Below are positions 23,812-35,800 of a stretch of DNA of 64,000 nt, in pieces (positions within the stretch are counted from its first letter, which is position 1; every line of letters begins with the position of its first letter). Both the position numbers and the translations under genes were made by a program. The stretch is from Lytechinus pictus (lineage: Eukaryota), in the NCBI RefSeq assembly GCF_037042905.1, contig NC_087254.1, positions 24,614,001-24,678,000 on the forward strand. Reading direction: 5' to 3'. The notes under the pieces were generated by a model that saw only the letters and a list, made by a program, of their open reading frames with translations, had not been told where the DNA came from and searched no databases.

Positions 23812-26800
23812 TTAATCATCTTCTTCTTCTGACTCCTCCTCCCCCTCCTCCATCCCATCTAAATTTGGCATGATGACAGTTTGAATGTGCATGCGGCGTG
23901 GCGCCGTGTATGTGGATGCCACATGCTCTACAAAAGTCGGGGATGCATCCAAATGGTTGACTTCATAAATAGCCGTCGGGTTGATATTCAATAAATATAA
24001 TTTTTGGTTGAAGAAGGCGATATCACTGGGCTCATATGAACTTGTTAGTTCGGTAACTGAGTTCGTATTCAAGTTCAAGATAAATACCTTTTTCCTTCCA
24101 CTGTCGGAAAACAAGAGTCTTTGACCTGCAATGCAGAAAATAAGATACACATACACCTATTAAAATCACCAAGAAACTACGAATATTTTAATCTCGAATT
24201 CAGACATATCAACAGTTACACCGTAACAACTTTCCAATGGCTATAAGGATAATTTTCTGGCAGTTGTTGATGAAGTACTTAGGGCATTTTAGCAATCACT
24301 TCACAGACGCTTTCTATAACGCAGAGAATCTTTTGTCGAAAGCCCTTCATAACAAAGAAGCCTTTGTCCAAAATCAGTGAATCAAAACATCGGTGTCGTA
24401 CTGGACTGTGGACAAATGACATATTTGCAATTTTTTTCGTCCGGTCCGAATCTTCAGACTTCTGTCCCGGTCCACCAATTTTCGACAATGACCTCTAGTC
24501 TGTCCATTGTGATTTGACGGGCATTTTCAAAGGAATTGATGCGTTGTAGAAAGCGTCTGCAAAGTGGGTGCTACAATACGCTTTGGACATCATAGTTACC
24601 AACCAAGTGAATGTCAAAATATTACGTAATGCAATGGAGATCATGTTATACATGTAGAAGAACATGATTTTTGAATACACAAAATACCCATTTGCCCTGC
24701 CTCTCTTCCTCTTTCTCTCTCAAGATGATTGATCTGACCTGAAACATCAACGGAGAGTCCGTCTATATCTGAAAGATCTTCATTGTTGTATACTTCTGCC
24801 TTGCTGCTGCCGTCCTTCCCTGCCTTGTCTATACCTTTGTCACGTGTCCAATAAATGACGCTGATGAATAAATATATATTACAGTTTATGCAACAAGAAG
24901 TCTAGGTTGATTCAATCTTCAAAATAACGGAAGTCATGCTCTTAGTAATAAATACTATACAAAATTCGTATCGAAAAATCTTTAAGCTATCGGAGAAAAT
25001 ATACAGAATATGGAAATGAGGAAGTAACTCCATGAACAAATTTTGATTGACGAGAGATGGATACGTTATTTCTTAAAATGACTATGCATAAATAAAAATA
25101 ATAATGAATAAATAAAAAAAACATCGAATATTTTTTCTAGTTTTTTTTCAAACCTGTTACATTGGTTATCATTCTTTTATAGCCCAATTTATCGTTCCTA
25201 TATATATATATTTCTTTTTATTCATATGAATGTAGAATAAAAAACTTGCTGAATTTGAATAAATGATGGAATGAACAATAAAAAGTTGCCGTCCTATATG
25301 CGATATTATTAAAATAAATACTTACTTTTGCTCGTCGTCAACTACGATAGCCCTGGGATTGTTCCCTGTAGGATTTATAATTACCATCTCAGAGCCTGGG
25401 CTATTGAGGTCGGTAGCAGTTACGACATGGCTACCATCATACGCACAAAAAGCCTGACGAGATGTTTGGGATATAGCTAAGCCTTTAGGGCCTGCAACAA
25501 GTTGACCAACATTGTATTAAAGACGTAATATCATGAAGATAGAAAAAGTAGTATATCTGCATGATCTACGGCACACACTTCCGTGCAGTATTCACAAAGG
25601 TCACATGGCATATTCTTTTTGCAAATGATATTTTGCCTGATTAGTAAATCTAAAGGTAAATGAACTACCTTTTCTTCCATATTCATCATTGAGTTGTCCC
25701 AAATAAGGGAAACACTAAGATGTTAGGGAGCGGAAGGGGTGGGGTGACTCGCAGTTGAAACTATTTTTACATTCACAATTTTCTAATATTCATGAATATT
25801 TACTTAGATGTATTGGGCATTTGTGTTGTGCGGATTCATACATCAAATATTATGTTTATTGCAGTTATTTAATCTTGATTTAATTTTGGACGTTATTCAA
25901 TGTATTTAGGTTTTTTGAAAAGTAAGCTATAGTCACTTCAGAAAAATATGTTTCAGATCTACTGCTCTTCGGGTTTTCTTTGGTGGAAGAGACCTAAAAA
26001 GAGCTCAAAATTGGGTATGGGAGTGCCGTAATGTTCACCAGAAGATCAATCATGAATTTACACCTACACTATTCACACTATCATGCATAAAAGTCATGTC
26101 ATTTTACACACAACTTACCATCATATGTGCTTGTCCTTATCCTCACGGCATTGGAACCATCGATGTCTGCACGCCATAAGCCATTATCTGATATATCAGT
26201 CCAGTAGATCTTTTGTCCCGTTTCATCAAAATCAATATCCCACGGTTCACCTTGAAGAGATATATGAAGTTGGAAAGTGAAGGTCGATAGATCTGCCAGA
26301 TATATCTTTTTCTGTGCATCGGTTATCAGTATTTTGGTGACGAGGTTGCCTGGAACCTGGGTGGCTGTTGTCTGATCATATTGCGTCGGTAGTGGGCTTA
26401 CCGATGTACTTTGAAATGTGGTTGTGACCTCCTCAGTGGATCTTCCTTGGGTCGTCGTGGGTGCGTCAGACGTCTCCTCTTGAGTTGACGTGTTTATTGT
26501 CGTTAAACTTTCTGTTTTCTCTACCAAATGCATAACAAGAAAATCGTCAATAATAGTTAACTTGTTAAAAAGAGATTAATGTCCAGTAGGTTTTAATGAA
26601 ACGGTTCAAACAGTAGTTTCTTTATTTAAAATAGATTCAAAGTACAGCATCTTAAAGAATGTTTGGACTTGTAAAAAAATGTAAATGATCCATCGCGTCA
26701 TGCATTAATTATTTTAGCCCTCTTTTGAATTCACAAAAAGTACCCTGAATACACGCAATCATTTTAAGAAATCATAATACTTGGCTTCATCAAACATGAC

Positions 26801-29800
26801 AAACGCCAATGATACGTAGTGCTTACAGTATCATCAATGTAATATTCACAGATGGAACAGCAAATGGCAGAAGCCAATAAAGCATTTGATGTTCGTAACG
26901 CTACAACTAATGGCGGACGTCAATAATTTTTAAATGATTACTTCATACGATACACACGTTTAGTATGGAACTGCATGTTTCTTACTTCGCCAACATCTTT
27001 GTCCCATTTGTCGAGCGTGGTCAGTCAACAGCTGGTGACCTGCCTCATTTTCACACCACGATCCTGGACACCCTGTCTTGAGACACTCTGTGAGTTAAAT
27101 ACGAAATGGTAATAAAATAGAGGGTGGCCACTTCAGCTTTTTTCTTTGCAGCTACGATAGTCAATTTGAAAATTATGAAAATGATAATAATTATATCACA
27201 ATAATAATATTCGAGTGATTCTCTCCATTTAGCGTAGGTTAAGCTAGATCGTCACAGTTGTCATATATGAACGTATACCCACCGCAACATCTTGTAGACA
27301 GAGATGGATCATTTCCTTAAGAAAGAGGAGAAATATGTATTCCGATTTTTAAAACTGTGAACACGGCTGCAAACATATTCCCTTTTTTTGCATAGAAATT
27401 CGTCTTCTTGTAACATATTATGGAGTTTGACCAGAGTTTTTTTTAAATTGTAGTGGTAATTTGATTTGATATGATTGTTTTCTTTTGCATTCATATAATT
27501 CGTATAATACATTTTTCAATAACACAACAATCATAGTATAATAAAAACTGCTTTAGGCCTACATCATAGAAAAAAGATTTGATAACAGAATATATTTATA
27601 TACAAATATGATCTACTACCAAATTATAACAAAAACACAATTTGAAGGAGAAGCATTGTCATCATAAGCAGATTGCTTGAAATAAAAATGACAACCCTAT
27701 ATTTAAAACTAATTAAAATTAATAATACCTCTATACAGCAGAATTGAAAATATCAGTTCATAATTTGAATAATGAAGATGAAGATGATAAGGATGATGAT
27801 GGTGACACTGTTGAAGATGGGGTGAAGGATGAAGGCCATGGAGATGATGATGATGGTGATGGTGTAAGCTGATGGTGATGATTATGTTGATACAGAAAAT
27901 TTACTTCAAATATTCTGATAATAAGATGGATCTAACGTTAACCTTAAATGAGTAAAGAGACGAGCAATTTTTTATATGCTCTGGTAGAGAGTTCCATAAA
28001 TTGGGACCATGGTGTCTTAAGGCCACCGCACATCTTACGACTGTTCGCGATCCGATTTGGGAACAAATTGAATTTTGCTCATTTTCTGGAAATGTGAATG
28101 GAACATATCATTTAATTTGAGCTTAAAATTAATTGAAAGAATACTTATGTAAACATTTTGAAAGATTGCACGCCTTTAATTTGGAGTATAGGCCAAATTA
28201 GTTTCAAATCGTAGCCAATCGACTGCTATGACGTCATTACGACTAGATATTAAATTCGCTTTTATTCTAAGAAGGATGATAGCATAATCACAGATTTGAA
28301 CATAGGTATTCGTACGATGATTTAGAACATTACACAGTAAGATATTCTAAGTCTCAATATTAGCATCAAATTCTACTACATTTTATTCTGGAATCGGGTC
28401 GCAGACCAATCGTAAGGTGTGCGATCGCCTTTATAGATCCCTGCGCAATAAGCAATTTTGGGTTGATATTGGAAGAGTTACGTGTAGGGTATGAATGAAT
28501 AGATGTGTTCTTATAGTATAAACATTGTGGAATGAATATGGGAGCATGTTGTTTACGTACTTGAACATCAGCAGTAAACTTTGAAGTGAATTTATGTCAA
28601 ATACTGTCAGAGTCTTTAGTTTATGGAATAAAGGGTTTGTGTGTGAGAAACATTACGAATCAGTACAAATTCGAAAGGCCTTTTTCTGTAGTAAGTATAT
28701 TGTATTAATATTAGTTTTTGCACAAGATGCCCAAAATATATTGTATATTGTATATTGTATATTGTCACGAGCGAAACTGCTCTAGTTAACTTATTAATCT
28801 ACAGGCTACTTAACCACCCTGAATAAAAGACCAAAGGATATTCAAGATATAAATGAAGTGATCAATTTAATGTCACAAAATATAATAAGCCATTAACATT
28901 CAATCATTGAGAACATAAGTATATTGGCAAATGGATATTCAATAAATCTTTGCATATCGAAAATCATAAAATTGCATATATACATAAGAGGAGTATAATC
29001 TTCATTGATTGTTTATGGGAAGAGATCGATCTGAAAATAGGCCTTTAAATTATGTTACCGAAAGTCTTAATCGGGTAAATGTGGAGTTCGAAAAACAGAA
29101 GAGATCGACAAACCACGGCGACTACGAAGAGGCGACGATTACGACGAAGAACATGTCGATGATCGATGACAACGAAGAACAATTATGGGACGATGAAAAC
29201 GCGACGCACATCATCAGCGAAGACACGTGTCCTTGAAGAACGAAGAACCATAGTTGAGTTGAAGCTCTATAACTAGGAATAATTATGGTCGAGTCCGACG
29301 ACAGAAGCTTCGGCTGACTGAAGTGAGTCATTCCCCTCTGTGACTCATGACCTTGACATAGCGGGTATAGGTGCTACCCTGACCTACGTACGTTGACTCT
29401 ACATTAACCCTGGGTTGACCCTAGGTTGACAGCCGCCTAAAATAGGAATAGACCAAATACTTAACAGCAAAGACCCTAACAATTTTCTATTCACAAAGAT
29501 GTCAGCTTATCGAAATTAGCTGTCATATTATCAAAGTAAATAAATAACAAGCTTTTATTAGCATGAGCTTTGTGATAGTCAAAAAATACATAACAGTGTG
29601 GAGAAATCTAATGTAATTAACTTTCTCTCTGAATCGTAGATCGATTATATAATTGACTTTAACAGACTTGCAAAATACGTTTCCTTCACCGGAGGTATCA
29701 CATGAAATATTCATAATTTGCAAAACAAGCTTTTTATAAACGACACAGAATTGTACGACTTTAAATAGCAAAATACAACTTTGTTCATTTTAGTAAGGAT

Positions 29801-32800
29801 AATTGTATTCACTTTGAGGAATGGAGTAAGATAAGAAATATATGTAATTTGGTGACAAAATGAGCAGAATATATATATGTAAATCTATCTTTCTTTCCGA
29901 AAACAGACATGCCATATTAAGCATAAGAATTGTATTAACATTAAAACCATATAAACCAAACATTACTTACAATTCGGCATGAGTAGAAAGGAACCTGCCC
30001 GCACTGTGGCACACGCCCTTTTCCTTGGTTAGGAAACACCCCAAAACGGACCTTCCTCTCCAAAATCAGAAGTCAGAGTGAGCTGGCTTGGCTTTTCTTG
30101 CCAGCACACCGAACAGAAATATGTAACACAAAGAGTCTGTAATCCTACACACCTGTTAACCTATAGTCTACTTATTATGACAACCCAGCCTGTTGAAATA
30201 CCAGGCAACCTATCATGCCTATAGTTTAGTTACTAAGGTATGCAGTCCACATCTGTACATTGAGTTTAACAAAAGAGTTTAACAAAACATGGACTTTAAC
30301 AAAAGGGTTATCTAACTTTGAATAAGATCCTACAATTGCTCCCCAATTTCAAGAAAATGCTCTGATTTTCTTCCAGAAATGAGTTTAATCTTATTCAATG
30401 TGTAAAAATATATGATTCGCAGGATAAATGTGAAATATTACTATGCTCACTATATAGCACTTACAGTAATTTACTACCTTGGTTTAGGTGTATAAAGAAT
30501 CGACTTAAATGTTTTCCAAATTTAAATCAAATTAAATCAGTTTTATTTTGCAATACAATTTTCAATCTTTTAAATTGCATGCATTTCAATTTTCGGTGCC
30601 TTTTTTCTTACAACCTACTGAGAAAGTCTGCTCCTACGTTCTCGGAGCCGCGAATTGCCTCAATGCGGTAGCGAAATGGCTGGAGGGAAAGGGCCCACCT
30701 CATTACCCTACTGTTGATACATTTTGCTCGATTGAGGTATATAAGTGGTTTGTGGTCTGTTTCAAGGACAAAGTCTGTACCTTCAAGGTAAACACGGAAT
30801 TTACTTATTCCCCATACCAATCCGAGACATTTACGCTCAATAGTCGAGTAGGCTTGTTCACGCGGAAGAAGCTTGCGACTTGCATAAGCAACAGGCTGTT
30901 TCTCTCCATCATGCTCCTGAAGGAGTACAGCACCAAGTCCAGTAGAAGATGCATCTGTTCTTAAAATGAACTTCTTCTGAACATCAGGCAGACAAAGGAT
31001 GGGGCTCTGTGTGAGACTTTCCTTCAAAACTTTGAAGGCGGCCTCTTCTTCAGCAGTCCATTTCAACTGGTTAGGCTCCCGATTCCTTGTCTTGTCTGTC
31101 ACACGTGATGCTTTCGACGCAAAATTTGGGATAAAGCGCCGGTAATAGCTGGCTAATCCGATGAATGCACGAAGCTGCTTCTTAGTTTCAGGCTTCTTAG
31201 CATCACGGATCTTCTCTACCTTATCCAACATGGGTTGGATCTTACCTGCTTGGACAATATGCCCTAAGAATTCTACCTTTGTGCAACCGAGTTGGCACTT
31301 GCTGGGTCGAGCAGTGAGCCCTGCTGCTCGCAATCTTCCCAAAAGCTCATACAAGGTAGATATGTGTTCTGACCAAGTTGAAGTATGAATGAGAATGTCA
31401 TCCAGATAATTAGTGACGTGTTTCATGTCTGCCAACAAAGACCTCATAACCCTGCTAAAAGTGGCAGGTGCATTGACCAAACCAAACGGCATGACACGAA
31501 ACTGGAACAATCCACTTGGACTCTGAAAAGCTGTCTTTGCTTTGGCATCTTCTGACAAAGGGATTTGCCAGTAGCCTTTGCTTAAGTCCACCTTAGAAAA
31601 GTAACAAGATCCAGAAAGACTAGCGAAGATTTCATCTGCACTTGGCAAAGGTTCTGCATCAAATATTGTGATGCGATTCAGTCTACGGAAATCTATACAG
31701 AAACGATTGCTGCCATCTGATTTCTTTACTATGACTATTGGGGACGAATAAGGTGAATTTGACTTCTCTATCACTCCCATTTTGACCATCTTCTCTGTCT
31801 CATCCTGTATCACAGAACGAAATGCATGTGGGACGGGATATGGTCTTTGTCGAATGGGATCAGCAGAAGTCAAACGAATAGAATGACTGCCTAAAAGTGT
31901 TTTACCTGGCACATCAGTCATCACATCCGGAAAATCCTCAAGTAGAGAACTAACTTCATGTCTCTGTTGAGTCGACAAATCAGAACCAAGTTCAACATCA
32001 TCAATGGTTTCCTGTGCTTCTAACACTGGGATACCTATCCTTATACTACTTGGAATAGAGGGAGTCTCTTGACTATTATCCTCATACCCATCTATAACTG
32101 AAGCTCCAACAACTACCTCTAAAGCTCCAGCAGAAGTGGTATCTTCCTCAGACTTGTCAACAGACGAAGGAACATCAGGCTTTTCTGCCCGGTCAATGTA
32201 TCTCTTTAAGAGATTAGCATGAAAGGTTTTCACTTTTCCGTTCATGTCGAGACGATAATCAAGATCACTCAATTTATGGACTACCTTGAAAGGACCCTTC
32301 CATTGTAACAGCAATTTGTTGTGATCTGATGGAAGGAGAAGCAGAACCTTATCTCCGGCAACAAACTTCCTAACCCTACTCTTGGCATTATAGTATCTCA
32401 TATTTCGCGAGGTTGACTTACTTAACTCTTCCTGTGCTACTTCCATGGTACTCTCAAGCCTATCCTTAAGATCAACAATGTACTGATATGTAGTCTTCAA
32501 TTCAGAATCATTAGCCTGACCACTCCAAAGTTCCTTAAGTATCTCAAGAGGACCTCGAACCTGTCTGCCATACAAGAGTTCGAAAGGCGAGAAGCCAAGT
32601 GAAGCCTGAGGGGCTGCTCTGTACGCAAATAGAACAGGTGCCAAGTACCGGTCCCAATCACTTGGACGGTCTGCACATACTCTCTTCAAGATCTGCTTAA
32701 GTGTTTGATTAAACCTCTCAACTAACCCGTTACAAGCGGGGTGGTAGGGTTTGGTTGTTAATTGTCGAATCGACAATAACCTCCCTACTTCTCACATCAT

Positions 32801-35800
32801 CCCCGAGGTAAATTGGGTACCACGATCCGATAGAATCTCTTGGGGAACCCCAACTCTACAAAAGACCTCTACCATAGCTTCAGCTACTGTACTAGTCTCA
32901 ATGTTTGCCAACGCAACCGCCTCAGGATAGCGGGTTGCATAGTCTACTATCGTGAGAAAATACATGTTCTTTCTAGCAGTTACTGGTTTAATTGGGCCTA
33001 CCAAATCGACAGCTACTCTAAGAAAAGGAACATCTATCACAGGCATCTTGCCTAGAGGGACCTTAGAAATTCTGCCCTTGGGGACTGTTCGCTGACAGAT
33101 ATCGCAAGACCTACAATACCGAGTAATATCTGCTTGGACACCAGGCCAATAGAAATTAGCTAAGACCTTATCAGTGATTTTCTTTACACCTTGGTGACCC
33201 CCCATTATACTCTCATGAGCTAACTTCAACACAGCTTGCCTATAAGGTTTAGGAACAACTAACTGCCTAACTTCATTACCACTAAGCACAGACTTTGGTT
33301 GAAAAACCCTGTGTAACAATCCACCATCAAAGACAAAATATGAACTATGTCCTGAAATTTCACTATCTTTACGATCTTTACTATTCAAACTAGCATACTC
33401 CATTGCTTTTTTTAGCGTTGGGTCAGCCATCTGAGCCTCTTTGATGTCTTCTGAAGAAACATCAGGTATGGCTGACGGAACCTTCAGAGTCGGCCGTGGC
33501 CGCTGAGCTTCACGAACTTGAGCTCGAGTCTGAACTGCCATGTTCACATTGTCATGCGACTTGCATGGTTGACCAGGTTTCCAATTTGGAATTGGATCCT
33601 TCGCTGGTCTCACATTGTCAATTTCACCAAGAACTACGTCAAATACAGGCGTCTCTACGCACAACGCTTCTACCTTGCCAACAAACCAAGGAGAATCAAT
33701 GTTGACCCTAGCTATTGGGAATTTCCTAATTGTTTGGTCAATTAAGACACACCACTTAGACTGACCAGTAAACTGTTCTGGCAATATCAGTGACTTCTTC
33801 ACGATTACACCTGAACAACCTGTATCCCTAAGGACACTCACATCATGTGATTCAAGTTTTCCATTCCTAACTGGAAGCTTATCATGCCAACGTCGCTTAC
33901 AAGTAGCACACATACTAGTGACTTCCCTATGCTTTTCTATTTCTAGAATTTCTTTAGAAGGAGATTCAATATACTCAGCAGAAGACACTAAGAACTCTCC
34001 TAACTCTATACTGTCAGTGATCTGAGTTTCCTGAGACCCAGAAGAACTACAAGTGGGACAACTACCTGATGTCTGTTTCCCTACTAAATCTTGAGTTTCT
34101 CTTAACTGATTCTTTTGGTTCCTACGCTTACCTATTGGTGGCTTCTGAGAACTAACTAAACTCGCGCCTTGGAGTCTAACATTACAATCTTGCGCAAAAT
34201 GACCCATTTTGTTACAAACAAAGCATGGACCCTTCCTACGATGGCCTGATTGTTCACCCTTAACCTTGTTCTCAGCAATTGGCGCATTGGATACCGCAGT
34301 ACTACCCTTAGGTTTACTCTTATGGTTCAAGGGGGAGTTCTTTTTAGGTACTCCATAGTGACCCCCATGTGCCTCAACAAATGTATCTGCCAGACCTGCC
34401 ATTTCATCTGCAGATTTTGGTTTTCTTTCTTTTAGAAATAATGCTAGTGCTTGACCTCCTTTTTCTAAGACTTGCTGCATTAGAAGTAATTGTACAATAC
34501 CATCATATGAGTGCTGAGCTTCAGACAATTCTATCCACGTATCTAAATAATGGGACAACCTCACAACAAACTGACTAGGAGTCTCTCCTACCTCGGGATT
34601 AGAAAATCTGAACTTCTTACGGAAATCATCTGCCGTGAGTTCAAATCTCTTCAACAAAGCATCCTTCAGTGTTGCACAATCTTTTGCCTGATCAGCTGAC
34701 AACCTTGAGTACACATCTAACGACTTACCACGAAGTAAAGCACTAAGACTTATTACGTTCAAATCTATTAAGATATGCATCCATACTATCCTTTCCTTCC
34801 GTGAAAGGAGGGAGTTTAGGGGAAGGGGCCAAAGAACGACGGTCACCGTCACTACTTCCTACTTCAGAACTACTCTGGATACGAGCTAATTCAAGTTTCT
34901 TATCTAATAACATTCCCTCTTGTTTTTGTAACTCGATCTGTTGTTGCCTATCTTCCCTAGCTGCATGTCGCTCATCTCGAGCTAATTTTTCTCTCTGTTC
35001 AACAAATGACAAAAGGTCTTGACCTGTAAAGCCTAACTCTCTCCCTAACTCAAACAAATTTGAATCCATGGTTGATCCTAAACTGTTAGAAATAAATATG
35101 TTAGGTTAACAGACTCTTTGTTTAGAATTTGCTTTCTCTTACCAATATCCCAATGTCACTTGCTTGTGCCAGAAGCTTGCAACCACAGTGCGAGAGTTCC
35201 CGTCTCCTCGAACCGTCACAAATGTCACTGATCTGAAATACCTAATCAGAAGGACAAAACCAATAAACACATCTCATGAACATACATGTTACACTCGCAA
35301 ATTTCAACATCAATAAGCCTTGAAAATTTATAGGAATATGACAGTTAACTATTTCCCTTCAACATGAATAATCCTTGACTTTAACTAGGAATTTTACAGC
35401 TAAGTACCTCCCGGACAAGCCCCCAAATGTCACGAGCGAAACTGCTCTAGTTAACTTATTAATCTACAGGCTACTTAACCACCCTGAATAAAAGACCAAA
35501 GGATATTCAAGATATAAATGAAGTGATCAATTTAATGTCACAAAATATAATAAGCCATTAACATTCAATCATTGAGAACATAAGTATATTGGCAAATGGA
35601 TATTCAATAAATCTTTGCATATCGAAAATCATAAAATTGCATATATACATAAGAGTATAATCTTCATTGATTGTTTATGGGAAGAGATCGATCTGAAAAT
35701 AGGCCTTTAAATTATGTTACCGAAAGTCTTAATCGCGTAAATGTGGAGTTCGAAAAACAGAAGAGATCGACAAACCACGGCGACTACGAAGAGGAGACGA

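Noticed and set aside
26827-26910. Alternative signal-peptide exon for gene B (MLYWLLPFAVPSVNITLMIL)
   Set aside because: Its donor phase does not match the acceptor at 26520. The distal exons 40232/38630/37829 fit in phase and are supported by gene D homology.
27770-27890. Ser/Pro-rich or acidic reading frame
   Set aside because: Degenerate (GAT)n simple repeat with no convincing donor site.
29009-29236. Duplicated 75-aa ORF (also 35671-35898) and other paired ORFs
   Set aside because: They lie inside the two LTRs, have non-ATG starts and are low-complexity; the duplication is explained by the LTRs.
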